Assembly (NCBI GenBank): GCA_963662655.2 | Contig: CAXXTU010000002.1 | Coordinates: forward strand, 1,856,001 to 1,920,000 | DNA length: 64,000 bases | Source: Candidatus Cloacimonadales bacterium | Lineage (GTDB): Bacteria > Cloacimonadota > Cloacimonadia > Cloacimonadales > JAIOQZ01 | Direction of reading: 5' to 3' | Part shown: positions 30,138 to 40,900 of the stretch, in pieces | Layout of the letters: every line of letters begins with the position of its first letter | Numbering within the stretch: position 1 is the stretch's first letter | Position numbers and translations under genes: made by a program | Notes under the pieces: model-generated | What the model saw: only the letters and a program-made list of their open reading frames with translations | The model's database searches: none | Told to the model about the DNA's origin: nothing

Positions 30138-31086
30138 TTACAAAATCCACAGAACAACGATTGATAGGATCCCGATGACTGTGGGGACTCCCAGGAAAAA
30201 TCGTATCGACTGCTCCGGCCGGAAACGAGGGTAGGAAACGCCCACGATCACCGAAAGCATATACAGCGCGAAGGTTTTACCCATCATGACCAGGATCGCG
30301 ACGAGGTTAGTTCATGAACCCGCCAGCGCCAACGGAAGATCCGCCCAGGAAGAGGTTCATGAAGAGCACCAGTTTCGCACCGGTGAAGATGGCGCGATTG
30401 GTCTGGAGCAATCCCAGGAATGTACTCTGGTACTCGGTGGGGGGCCCGATGGGAATTTCTTGCGGGGCCAGCACGATATCGAACGGCGAGTGCATGTTCA
30501 TGCCCTGCAATGCGATCAGCGCGGCGATGGTCGCCAGCGGATTGGTGAAGAGCGTCCAATTGAGAATCCCGCCTTGCTGCGCCGCCACGATTCCCGTAAT
30601 GGAAAGCGTGCCGTACTGCATCGCCAGTGAGATCACCGAAAGCGCGAACGGGACCTCGAACGCCGTCATCTGCGCCAGTCCTCTACCAACGGCCAGCGGA
30701 CTGTGCGGATGACCGCTCTCTCCCGCTCCCAGCGCCATTCCAAGCTGACCGAAAAAGATGAAGTACATCACCAGCAGGATGTCGCCCGAGAAACTGAAGT
30801 TGGCGAATATTGATGACTCGTACAGCACCGGTATGAACATCAGCGTTCCGATACCTCCGGCCAATCGAAAGACCGGCCCCAGGAAGAACATGGTTCCGTG
30901 GATCACACTGGTTCTCTTCCCCAGCGTCTTGATGATATCGATGTACGGCTGCCAGATCGGCGGACCGTAGCGTCCGTGGACCCTGCCCACGATCTTGCGA
31001 ATCAGACCGCCCATGATCAAGCCCCAGTTCATCACGATGAACAGGGTCAGCGCGGCGTTGCCAATCAGGATCAGATAATGACTCAT
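30138..31086 (-). CDS. NuoH/MbxM-like membrane subunit; +1 frameshift near 30311
   Basis: RK..GR.HGRYGP, QPYIDIIK, PFD..APQE; shifted frame continues to YPRFRPEQ and TAA at 30138. Confidence 0.88.
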
Positions 31087-34000
31087 AGACCTACTCCGAC
31101 GATAAAATATAGCACGATGATATACAGAAAGATTTGCATGGCGTATGTCTGGGCGTTACCGGTGTAAATCTGCCGGATCGCACCTGCGGTGGAGGCCGTC
31201 CACTCGCTTACGCCGTTCCAGAAAGACGTGGCGCGTGGCTTGATCAGACCGCCAAGCGCTTTTTGATAATATGGGAAGAAGTTGTATGCGTAGTGCGTCG
31301 TCTCGGGAATGAAGGGCTTCTCGGCAGCGTAGACAATGTTGAACTGCCCCACCTTCTTCACCTGACGAAGCCAAAGAATCAGCCAGAGCAGAACGAGCAT
31401 GAACACGCCCATCGTGACCCACATCACCGCCGATCCGTTCCAGTAACCGAGATTCGAGAGCAGCGTTCCCTCCTGCCATGCAAGCTGGCCAGGAATGGAA
31501 TCCGGTAGAATGGCACTCAACGGCTTTAGGAGGATCGTTGGGAACATCGAAACGACCATGATCCCGATCAAGAGCGCGAACTGCGGCGCAATCAGCCAGG
31601 GAGAGGCTTCTTTCACCTCACGATGCTCAACCTTGAGCTGTCCCAGGAACATGCTGTGGATCAGCCGGAACAGGTACAGAAACGCCACCGCGCTCGAGAA
31701 GAACGCTATCCCCGCCCTCAGATACCAGCCACGCTGGATCAGGCCGGTGTAAAGCATCCACTTCGCGCCGAATCCGGCCAGCGGCGGAACGCCAGATACT
31801 GCGATAATCGCGATGAGCACGGAGATGAAGCTCAGTGGCATCTTCTTGATCAAACCGCCCATCCTGTACATGAGTCGCGTACCCGTGGCGTGGACGATAC
31901 CCGCGACCGCCAGGAAAAGCATCCCCTTGAACATCACGTGCAGCACGGTAATGTACAGCGCGGCTGTCCAGCCGAGGTGATCGGCCATGGCAAGAGCAAG
32001 CACGATGTATCCGAGCTGGCTCATGCTGGAATAGGCCAAAAGTCGCTTGATATCCTCCTGGAATACCGCCATGAGGGCCCCGAATATCGCCGTGAGCGCG
32101 CCGATCCACCCAAGAACGCTTCGGAGGTCGAACCCGCCTCTATAATTGATCGTATAGACCAGTATCGCGAGCAGAAGACCGTAGACCGCCGCCTTGCTCA
32201 GGATTGCGGAGAAAAACGTACTTACATCGTCATCCGCTTCCGCATACGCACCCGGAAGCCATACGTGGAAACCGATACCGCCCATCTTTACCAGCATTCC
32301 GAGGCCGATCAGGATGAAGCTCCACCGGAAGGGGTAGCGTCCCAGGAGGAGACTGGCGAAATCGGTAACGCCGGTGTTGGCGTACAGCACCGCGAATCCC
32401 GTCATGATCAGGAACGCCGCGCCCATGGAGAACATCACGTAGCGAAGCGCGTGCTCCTGCGCGTTCTTTCCCTGCATGAGCAGCAGATAGGAGCTGAGTG
32501 TCATGAATTCCCACGCGGTGAAGAACTCCAGCGTTGAATTGGCGATGGTGATATTGACCAGCGAGAGGATCAGCATCGTGAGCAGCGGATAGAAACCGCG
32601 AACGTTGATCTTGCGGTACATCGAGGCGAAGGCGATGATGATCCCGCCCAGACCGAACACTGCCGTAAACAGCATCGGTAGCGGCAGGACCGCCGGAATA
32701 ATGAAGTATAGGTAGACTCCGGTCAGCACGATCGTCAACACCGCTTTGATCTTCACGCCAAGCCAGTCGATAAGATAGATGAACGCCCCCGCGATCAATG
32801 GCGTCATGGCCACCGCGCTTGCGGGAAGCATGTATGTGTTCATATTGAAGCTATTCACGATAAAAAAACCACTCGCCCGTAACCCGATGACGATCAACGC
32901 CAGCATGAAAATCCGTGACGAAATCTCCAGACCATAGTGGTCGGCGGATTCTTTCTCCGTCTTCGTTTTGGCGGCAACGCCAAGCCAGCGCAGCAGCATG
33001 AATATCTCGAACATCGATCCCAATAGGATTGTTGCCAGCGCGACATACGAGCCGTGCTCCGCCAGCCCCATGACGATATTCCACTTGGCCCAGAACATGG
33101 GGAACGGTGGGAATCCAGCCAGCGAGAAAAGCAGAATGCCGAAGCTGAAGAGCTTTTCGGGATTCCTGCGAAGCACGCCCCAGGCCGTGAGGTCTTCACC
33201 CTCGATGGTTTCCGCCATCCAGAACAAACCCGCCTTGGCGAGGAAGTGATTGACGAAGATCGCACCGGTGATGATCAGAATACGAGCCTGCTCCATTCCG
33301 AGCTTTGTCAGGAGAGCGTAAACGCCCATCATCAGCCCGATCTGCCCCACCGAGGAATATCCGAGCAACCGTTTAAAATTGTGTTGGCGCGTTCCCAGCA
33401 GGTTGGAGAAAAAGAAGGTTACCAGTCCAACCACCGCGAGGAGGCCAAGGAACTGATCGCCAAGAATGGGCATGACCTTGTAGAGCGCGTAGAACATCGC
33501 ACCGGCGTTGGCGGACGATATCAGCGCAAGGACGCCTCCGTGCGCGCTCTGATAAACATCCAGCGCCCAGCCATTGGCGGGAAACGGCTTGAGCTCGATG
33601 AGGATCGAGGAAAACAACAGGAATGCGGCCAGCCAGCCAGCTTTTCCCATATCGGCGATCCCCAGCATCGCCAGTTGATCGATATTCAGCGTTCCGCCCA
33701 GGCGATAGATATAGATGGTTCCGAGCAGAAACAGAATCGACGCGATACCCCCGGCGATCATGTACTTGAATCCGGCGGAAAGCGCTTTGCGACTCGGCTC
33801 CAGCGCGATCAGGGCGTACGTGGCGATGGAATTGATCTCGATGAACACGAACAGGTTGAAGATGTCGCGCGTCATCACGATGCCGTTAACGCCGGTCAGC
33901 ATTGCCACGTAGAGCATCATCGCATAGGCGGGAAGCTCCATGAAACGCTTGCGCAGCGCGAAGATCCCCAGCAGTCCGGCCACGTTCGACAGAACCAGTA

Positions 34001-34244
34001 TGAAAGCTTCCTTGTAGCCCAGCATCAGGTTGATCGATACGGGCGGACGAAGGCCTGCGGTGAAGACCTGAGCGGATTCGCCTCCCTTCTCGATGAAATG
34101 GAACCATGAACCGGAAATCCATGCCATCACACCCACGATCATCACCGTGAGCCAGAAGGAGAGGTTCTTGTTCACCTTGTCGGCGGGACCGATAAGGAAC
34201 GCGCCACCCAGAGCAGCAACAAAAAGATAGATAGGGTTTACCAT
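31083..34244 (-). CDS. Proton-conducting membrane transporter: two MrpD/NuoM-type modules fused in tandem
   Basis: Motif set occurs twice (FVFIE..YAL / KRLLGYSS / GFPP and AWEFM..YLL / KRLLAYSS / GVPP). Confidence 0.92.
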   Translation of the reverse strand: MVNPIYLFVAALGGAFLIGPADKVNKNLSFWLTVMIVGVMAWISGSWFHFIEKGGESAQVFTAGLRPPVSINLMLGYKEAFILVLSNVAGLLGIFALRKRFMELPAYAMMLYVAMLTGVNGIVMTRDIFNLFVFIEINSIATYALIALEPSRKALSAGFKYMIAGGIASILFLLGTIYIYRLGGTLNIDQLAMLGIADMGKAGWLAAFLLFSSILIELKPFPANGWALDVYQSAHGGVLALISSANAGAMFYALYKVMPILGDQFLGLLAVVGLVTFFFSNLLGTRQHNFKRLLGYSSVGQIGLMMGVYALLTKLGMEQARILIITGAIFVNHFLAKAGLFWMAETIEGEDLTAWGVLRRNPEKLFSFGILLFSLAGFPPFPMFWAKWNIVMGLAEHGSYVALATILLGSMFEIFMLLRWLGVAAKTKTEKESADHYGLEISSRIFMLALIVIGLRASGFFIVNSFNMNTYMLPASAVAMTPLIAGAFIYLIDWLGVKIKAVLTIVLTGVYLYFIIPAVLPLPMLFTAVFGLGGIIIAFASMYRKINVRGFYPLLTMLILSLVNITIANSTLEFFTAWEFMTLSSYLLLMQGKNAQEHALRYVMFSMGAAFLIMTGFAVLYANTGVTDFASLLLGRYPFRWSFILIGLGMLVKMGGIGFHVWLPGAYAEADDDVSTFFSAILSKAAVYGLLLAILVYTINYRGGFDLRSVLGWIGALTAIFGALMAVFQEDIKRLLAYSSMSQLGYIVLALAMADHLGWTAALYITVLHVMFKGMLFLAVAGIVHATGTRLMYRMGGLIKKMPLSFISVLIAIIAVSGVPPLAGFGAKWMLYTGLIQRGWYLRAGIAFFSSAVAFLYLFRLIHSMFLGQLKVEHREVKEASPWLIAPQFALLIGIMVVSMFPTILLKPLSAILPDSIPGQLAWQEGTLLSNLGYWNGSAVMWVTMGVFMLVLLWLILWLRQVKKVGQFNIVYAAEKPFIPETTHYAYNFFPYYQKALGGLIKPRATSFWNGVSEWTASTAGAIRQIYTGNAQTYAMQIFLYIIVLYFIVGVGL

Positions 34245-34591
34245 TTTGTCTCCTGGTAATCGTCTATGGAGAGTGATTTTCCTTTTTGATACATTCTGAT
34301 CGCGTAGGAGAGCATCAGCGCGGTCACTGCCAGCCCGATAACGATCGCCGTCAGAACCAGCGCCGAAGGGATCGGATCCACAACGCGATACAGCGCTTCG
34401 GCTTTGTTAACAGCCTGATCGAGGATGGGAGCGGTTCTTCCGTCGATGTACCCCACGGAAACCATGATCACGTGGATGCCGGTGTCCATCAGCGAGAAGC
34501 CGATAATGATGCGTATCAGATTCTTGTGCGTAAGCATCGCCCATGTGCCGATGATGAGCAGTATTGCGCCGAAAAGTGTTGTTACATTCAT
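34238..34591 (-). CDS. mnhC: Mrp/Mnh subunit C
   Basis: NLIRIIIG, DPIPSALVLTAIVIG. Confidence 0.93.
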   Translation of the reverse strand: MNVTTLFGAILLIIGTWAMLTHKNLIRIIIGFSLMDTGIHVIMVSVGYIDGRTAPILDQAVNKAEALYRVVDPIPSALVLTAIVIGLAVTALMLSYAIRMYQKGKSLSIDDYQETKW

Positions 34592-34600
34592 AACGCCATC

Positions 34601-35296
34601 CTATTCTTGCATGTTATCGAGTATGCCGGTGAGTTCCGAGCCAACCTTGAGCCCGACCAGCGAATAGATGAGCGGAATCGCTCCCGCGCTGAAGAGCTGG
34701 CCGTATGTTCCCATGGACAGAAAACGATTGTTCAGGAATCCGTCGCCCAATCCCGCGGCAGTTGACGCGAGGAGCAATCCGAGAATCCCCAGAACGACAT
34801 ACCCGACACCCGATACCGATTCGACCAGATGCAGCAGTTTATGATTGAATTTCATGTTGACTTCGGAAAGCATGATCAGCAGGATTCCGGTTGCGATAAC
34901 CACGCCGCCCTGGAATCCTCCGCCGGGCGTCAGGTGCCCGTGGACAAACACGTATATTCCGTACAGGAAGATCAGTGCGATCAGGAACGACGCGCCGGTT
35001 TGCAGAATCTCCGAGGATTTTCGCTTGTTCTTCTTCTCCTTCTTGCGTCCGAGAAGAAAACCTACGCCTGCCGTCGCGATGAACAGCACCGTAACCTCGC
35101 CAAGAGTGTCCAGGCCGCGATAGGTAACCACCACGGACGTGACGATGTTCTGCGCGCCAAGCTCGTCGGGGCCTTTCACCACATAATTTCCGGCCACCGG
35201 ACTCAGCTCCTGCATGGGCAATACTTCGTGAATCAAGGGAAGCAGCATGAACGCCAGGCCGATCACGGCCAGAAACGCAAGGATTCTCGTAATCAT
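34601..35296 (-). CDS. mnhB: Mrp/Mnh subunit B-like (MbhE+F type)
   Basis: NIVTSVVVTYRGLDTLGE, HGHLTPGGGFQGG. Confidence 0.92.
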   Translation of the reverse strand: MITRILAFLAVIGLAFMLLPLIHEVLPMQELSPVAGNYVVKGPDELGAQNIVTSVVVTYRGLDTLGEVTVLFIATAGVGFLLGRKKEKKNKRKSSEILQTGASFLIALIFLYGIYVFVHGHLTPGGGFQGGVVIATGILLIMLSEVNMKFNHKLLHLVESVSGVGYVVLGILGLLLASTAAGLGDGFLNNRFLSMGTYGQLFSAGAIPLIYSLVGLKVGSELTGILDNMQE

Positions 35297-35553
35297 TTGC
35301 GGTCCTCCTTGTCGCTCTTCATTCTGCGGTAGGCGTACAGAAACACCACCGTCGTCAGACCGCTTCCGATCGCGGCTTCTGTCATGGCCACGTCCGGAGA
35401 CGCAAGAAGCAGGTAGATCACGCTAGCCAGCAGACTCACCACGCCGGCGGCGATGATGGCCGAAAGGACTTTCTTCGTCACGACGGCGAACACGGCGGCG
35501 GCCAGCATGAGAATCCCCAGCCAGACGGTTACGATAAAGTTAAACGTCGTCAT
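35293..35553 (-). CDS. DUF4040 / MbhD-like small membrane subunit
   Basis: ASPDVAMTEAAIGSG; start MTTFNF at 35553 (ATGA overlap with mnhG). Confidence 0.88.
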   Translation of the reverse strand: MTTFNFIVTVWLGILMLAAAVFAVVTKKVLSAIIAAGVVSLLASVIYLLLASPDVAMTEAAIGSGLTTVVFLYAYRRMKSDKEDRK

Positions 35554-35885
35554 GCTCGCTCCTCCTGTTCGTCTTCCTCCAGTTCGTCGCGGACGCTTTT
35601 GCCTGTTAACGGTATGCCCAGATAATGTGCGGCGCGTGCCAGCGCGTGCGAGGAAAGCGGATTGGTGAAAATCAGGAAGAGGACAAGCAGCACCATGCGT
35701 CCCAGACACACACAGTGTGACCGGCCCACGCTCAATCCAATGAGGAAGAGGATGCTGCCCAGGGTCGTCGCCTTCGTACCCGCCTGCATGCGATTGTATA
35801 CATCCGGCATCCTCAGTAGCCCGAGCGCTCCCAGGAGAAGGAAGATCGAGCCGGCGAGTGTCATCAATGAACCGAGGATTTCCAT
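35550..35885 (-). CDS. mnhG: Mrp/Mnh subunit G
   Basis: RMPDVYNRMQAGTKATTLG, NPLSSHALARAA. Confidence 0.93.
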   Translation of the reverse strand: MEILGSLMTLAGSIFLLLGALGLLRMPDVYNRMQAGTKATTLGSILFLIGLSVGRSHCVCLGRMVLLVLFLIFTNPLSSHALARAAHYLGIPLTGKSVRDELEEDEQEERA

Positions 35886-36145
35886 TACAGCCCCCTTTCC
35901 ATGTATCGTGCCACCGCCACAACGCCCACGAAGCTGATGAGTCCGTAAACGAGCGCAACATCGAGATAGACAATGCGCATCGCGGTGGCGGAGACGAATG
36001 CCAGTATGGAGATGGATATGATGGTCATCGCGTCTAGGGCGACTACGCGATCGGCGATCGTCGGACCCTTGAACATACGGAACATTGCCAGCATCAACGC
36101 TGTCAGGGCGATCAACGCGGCAGCCTGATAGATTGTTTCAGCCAA
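35885..36145 (-). CDS. mnhF: Mrp/Mnh subunit F
   Basis: GPTIADRVVALD, YLDVAL; TTG start with GGAGGTG RBS. Confidence 0.92.
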   Translation of the reverse strand: MAETIYQAAALIALTALMLAMFRMFKGPTIADRVVALDAMTIISISILAFVSATAMRIVYLDVALVYGLISFVGVVAVARYMERGL

Positions 36146-36635
36146 AGATCACCTCCAGGTATTTCTCGAACTTGGATACGATCGCCTGCGTGTGCGCGTC
36201 CATGTCACCCGCGCTCACATCGATCCAGTGGATGTATAGAATGTCGCCACGCGACTCGACCGTGAGCGTTCCGGGCGTCAGCGTGATGGAATTGGCCAGG
36301 AAGGTCCTTCCCATGGGCGATTGCAAGCGCGTCCTGACCCGTACGATGCCGGGGTTGATCGGCAGGGAGGGGCTCACGACACGCCGGGCCACATCCAGAT
36401 TCGACCGGATCAGCTCCCAAATGAAAACGAAAATGTATCCGACACCGTAAACCAGCGCTTTCGGATTGAGATGGATATTGCCCACCGCCTGCGCCCTTGC
36501 TGCGAAGATCATCGCCAGCAAAAGCGAGACAACGCCACCAACCATCCATTCCTGCCGGGAATGGAAATCGGTCAGGAGCATCCACACCAGATAGAGAAAC
36601 ACGAAGAGCAGAATGAATGCCTTGATTCTCTGCAT
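36138..36635 (-). CDS. mnhE: Mrp/Mnh subunit E
   Basis: INPGIV, ANSITLTPGTLTV, LYIHWID; GGAGG RBS before ATG 36635. Confidence 0.93.
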   Translation of the reverse strand: MQRIKAFILLFVFLYLVWMLLTDFHSRQEWMVGGVVSLLLAMIFAARAQAVGNIHLNPKALVYGVGYIFVFIWELIRSNLDVARRVVSPSLPINPGIVRVRTRLQSPMGRTFLANSITLTPGTLTVESRGDILYIHWIDVSAGDMDAHTQAIVSKFEKYLEVIFG

Positions 36636-37015
36636 GACACCTCCGTAGATTGTATGTTCATTCTTTACTTGCACAAAGAAAGTATACTCTGAAATTATTT
36701 GTCAATATAAATATTTTATACCGGCAATATTTTACACCACGCACCATATGATGGATTTTAACATCGAAAAAGGCCAGTCTCACTCGTTATTTCTTGCCAT
36801 TGCCAACAGTTACGTCATTTATACAGATTCCAGCGCAGCTCGAGAGCCATCACTCCGGTTGATTTTGAAATGAACGTTTGTATATAGAAGAATTACGTTA
36901 TTAATTGAAAATGTCAAAAGAAAAATTTTCATGGCAAAAGGAGATTCCTTATTTACATCGGGGCCTGTATTCGTATATTGTTAATAAAGACACGAGAATT
37001 TGCGAAGGAGAACTG

Positions 37016-37855
37016 ATGATTTCGATAAAAGACATGCTCAACCAGATCGAGATGCTGCCGCCGTTCAGCAAGGTTGCTCACAAAGCCACTCAACTGCTCA
37101 AAAGCGACAACTTCACCATGCATGAACTGGCGGAACTGGTCCAGGTCGATGCGTCCCTGACAGCCAATATTCTTCGCGTTGCGAACTCCGCGAAGTACAC
37201 GACCGCCAGGACAATTACCGACCTCAGGCTCGCGATGAGCATCATCGGACTGGCCGAGATGAACGAAATCATCCTCAAATCTGCCGCAAAGCCCTATTTC
37301 AACGACATGATCGAAGGCTACGAATCCTATCCGGGAGAGCTCTGGGAGCACAGCCTCGCTGTAGCGGTATTGGGCAGCGAACTCCATTTTCTCGAACCGG
37401 ACATCGATGCTTCCGTACTCTATACGGCCAACCTGCTGCACGATATCGGCAAGATCGTCCTGAGCCAGTACGTGAAGGACGAATACAAGGAGATGCTCCG
37501 CCTGATCGACACACAGGAGATCGATTTCCTTACTGCGGAGCGCAAGGTGCTCGGATTCACCCACTCCGACGTAAGCGCGAAGGTTCTTCGCGACTGGAAT
37601 TTCAACGAGGACATCGTGCTCTCCGCCCGACATCATCACGATCCCGAGAAAATCAACAATCCATACGTCAATCTCACAGCGCTTGCGGATTACTTCTCGA
37701 TGATCATCGGCAAATCCTCCCAGAAAGACGGAATGCAGTACAAAGGGCACCAGAAGCTCCTTATGCGCTATAAAATCCACAGCAACGACCTCGACCGCAT
37801 CCTCCACACAGTCGTAGACAAGATCAAGGCGATCGAGGCGTCACTCGAAAACTAA
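37016..37855 (+). CDS. HDOD domain protein
   Basis: LPPF, DASLTANILRVANSA, WEHS, LLHDIGK, GFTH, HH. Confidence 0.92.
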   Translation: MISIKDMLNQIEMLPPFSKVAHKATQLLKSDNFTMHELAELVQVDASLTANILRVANSAKYTTARTITDLRLAMSIIGLAEMNEIILKSAAKPYFNDMIEGYESYPGELWEHSLAVAVLGSELHFLEPDIDASVLYTANLLHDIGKIVLSQYVKDEYKEMLRLIDTQEIDFLTAERKVLGFTHSDVSAKVLRDWNFNEDIVLSARHHHDPEKINNPYVNLTALADYFSMIIGKSSQKDGMQYKGHQKLLMRYKIHSNDLDRILHTVVDKIKAIEASLEN

Positions 37856-37959
37856 ACGTAACAGCACACTTTAAGCCCCGAGGCATTTTCCCGGGACACA
37901 GGCGCACAATTTCATCAGTGTATTCAGATCATGAAACAATCTTCCTATGGAGTTTGTCG

Positions 37960-40900
37960 ATGAAACGATATCCAGGTTGTTCCTCAGAAGATGTACGCGC
38001 AGAAGAAATCGAGCAATTGCTGAAGAAACTCACAGGCGCAAGCGAGCCGGAGAAAATCCCCATTCTGTTGCAGCTGTCCCAAGAGTACCATTACGACAGC
38101 CGAATAGCGCTCGAATACGCGGAATTGGCAAGGGAATTAGCGATTCGACACGACCTGAAGCCGTGCCACGCGTATGCCTTGATCCGGATCATCGAGATTA
38201 AAATATCTCAAGGCGCGGAATCCGAAACGATGAATCATCTTGAAGACCTCACAAAAATTCCTTCCGACGAGTTCAGTCCGAACCTCCTGGGAGAAATCGC
38301 CTCCATCTCGTCCAGATTGTACTACATGAACGCCAGCTTCACCAAGGCTGTTCACGATCATTATCAAGCAATCGGAATCTTCGAAGAACACAATCTCACG
38401 GACAAGATGGTGAACCACCTGAAGCAGATCGGGATTCTCGCCAGCAATCGGGGGGATATCCGGACGGGCCTCGACCTCTTCAACCGTTGCCTGGCCTTGT
38501 GCAATCAGAACGAGAACAAGGAATGCATTGGTGAAATACTGAACAACATTGGCGTGATCTACCAGAATCTCGAAGAGTACGAGAAATCGATCACGTACCA
38601 CGAGCAGGGCCTTTCCATCGCAAAGGAGATATCCAATAGTCGCCTGATCGTGGTATGCACAGCCAACATCGGAAACAATTACCACAATCTCCATCAACTC
38701 AAGATCGCCATGCAGTATTACGAGCAATCGCTGGAAGAGGCGATCAGAATCGACAACCGAAGCTACATCGCTCTGCTTAACGGAAGCATCGGACGTCTAC
38801 ACCACGAGATGAAGAATTACAGCGATGCGTTCAGGCATCTGTCGAAGAGCATCTCAATCTACCAGGCCATCCAGAACAAGAATGGAATCATCCTCGTTAC
38901 TACTGCATTGGCAAAGCTTTACATGGACCCAAAATTCGAGGGTTATCTACCACAGGAGAGCATACACCTTCTCCAGCAAATCGAACAGCAGTACGAAGAT
39001 AAAATAGAGATGCCCAAGCACATGGAGGTTTTCAAGATTCTCTCGAAGGCCTATGAGAAGCAGGGCGATTTCGCAAAGGCGTACGAGCATCTTAAATCCT
39101 ATATCCAGATGAAAGAGCAGCTTGACAGCGTGAAGCGTTCAACTGAACCCGACAGCTTTTATCACGATATGAAAGAAGAGGAGGCGTCTCCTCGAGATGA
39201 TACGGCAGAACTTCAGGACTCCCCGGATTCGCGCGCCTCGGAGAACGAAGACCTGCTGAGCAACATCCGGCAATACGGATCGATGTCCATATCCATTGGC
39301 GATATGGGTATCCGGGAGATGAACCGTTACCTTCCCGGGATATTGGGTTACAAAGACAAGGATGACATGGATCAGCGCTTCGATTTGAAGGCGTTTCTCG
39401 AAAACGATGAGAATCATCTGCTCGATAAACTCCGGATGTCAGGCCGGCTCGACGAGGTTGAAATCACCTGGAAAGATACCGGCAAATACCTCTCGATCAA
39501 CGGCGTGTTGAATCGGGAAAACCAAAGTGTATTTATCCTCGTGCGCGATGTAAGCGAGCACCACCAGTTGATGAAGCGCTTGCAACGCACACAATCGCTG
39601 ATCAAGAGCATCGTCAATACACTTCCGCCGAGTATATTCTGGAAGAAGATCGACGGAACGCTGCTGGGGTACAATAAGTCGTTCTCGGACATGATCGGTA
39701 ACGAGCCCAAGGTGGATGAAGTCATCCCCCTTGAAGACATGTGGCCATTCGAGGATTTCAGTAAATTCTCGAGGCTCAACAGCAAACTGGCTGCCCAGGC
39801 CGAGTCCATCATCAAACACCCCGTGCTGGAAAGGTTGAAATCCGGTGAAGACAGGTGGATGGAATACACGCTCATGCCTGTCGCGGATTCGACGGCGAAC
39901 GATGAGATTCTGGTTATCATCGAGGATGTAACCGAGCTTCGAAGTTTGCTGAAACAGGTTCAGGATAGCGAATCGAAGTACCGGACACTGTTCGAATCCT
40001 CATCCGACGCCATCATGATTCTGGATCGCGAGGAATTCGTCGACTGCAATCTCCAAACAGTACGGATGTTCCGCTACGATAGCAAAGCCGAGTTTCTCGG
40101 CCTGCATCCGTCCGCCGTATCGCCTCCGCTACAGTTTCACGGCGAGAACTCCTACACGCTCGCCATGATGCGCATCGAGGAAGCCTTTACAAGGGGTTAC
40201 GCAAAATTCGAGTGGCTTCACCAGCGAAAGAACGGCGAAACCTTCAACGCGGAAGTCTGGCTGGCCCGGTTCAACGTGAACGACCGGGACGTACTGCAAG
40301 CCACTGTGCGCGATATCACCCAGGCGAAGCTTGACGCCAAATCGCTCATAGAAGCAAGGAACAAGGCCGATCAGGCAAGCATGGCGAAAAGCGAATTCAT
40401 CGCCAGCATGAGCCACGAGATGCGCACTCCGTTCCACACGATTCTGGGATTCTCCGACCTTCTGTACGACGCGATCGAGGATGCTCAATTGCGTGAATAT
40501 ATCTCTGCCATAAAGACTTCAGGCAACAACCTCCTGCACATCATCAACGAGATGCTCGACCTCTCAAGAATCGAGGCGGGGCTCTTCAAGCTGGACGCCC
40601 GTCCCTTCTCTATCGGCGAATTGATAAGAGAATCCATCGAGATATCGGGCATCAAAACCCACAACCAGAATTTGGAGATCGTCACAAAAATCGATCCGAA
40701 TATTCCGGATTTCATCATCATGGACTCCGCTCGCCTGAAACAGGTTTTGCTCAATCTGATGAGCAACGCCGGTAAATTCACCCGCAAAGGATCGATCACG
40801 GTGGAGGCAAAGACGGAAAATGTTCGCCACAATCGCCTCGATCTTATTCTATCAGTAGAGGATACCGGCATTGGCATTCACCACTCCAACCTGGGGAAGA

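Noticed and set aside
26300..30320. Programmed frameshifting or selenocysteine recoding
   Set aside because: No slippery sequences or in-frame TGA at Cys positions; single-base removal restores each frame
35293..35973. 226-aa track ORF
   Set aside because: Its N-terminal part overlaps mnhG/mnhF in another frame; only 35293-35553 is credible
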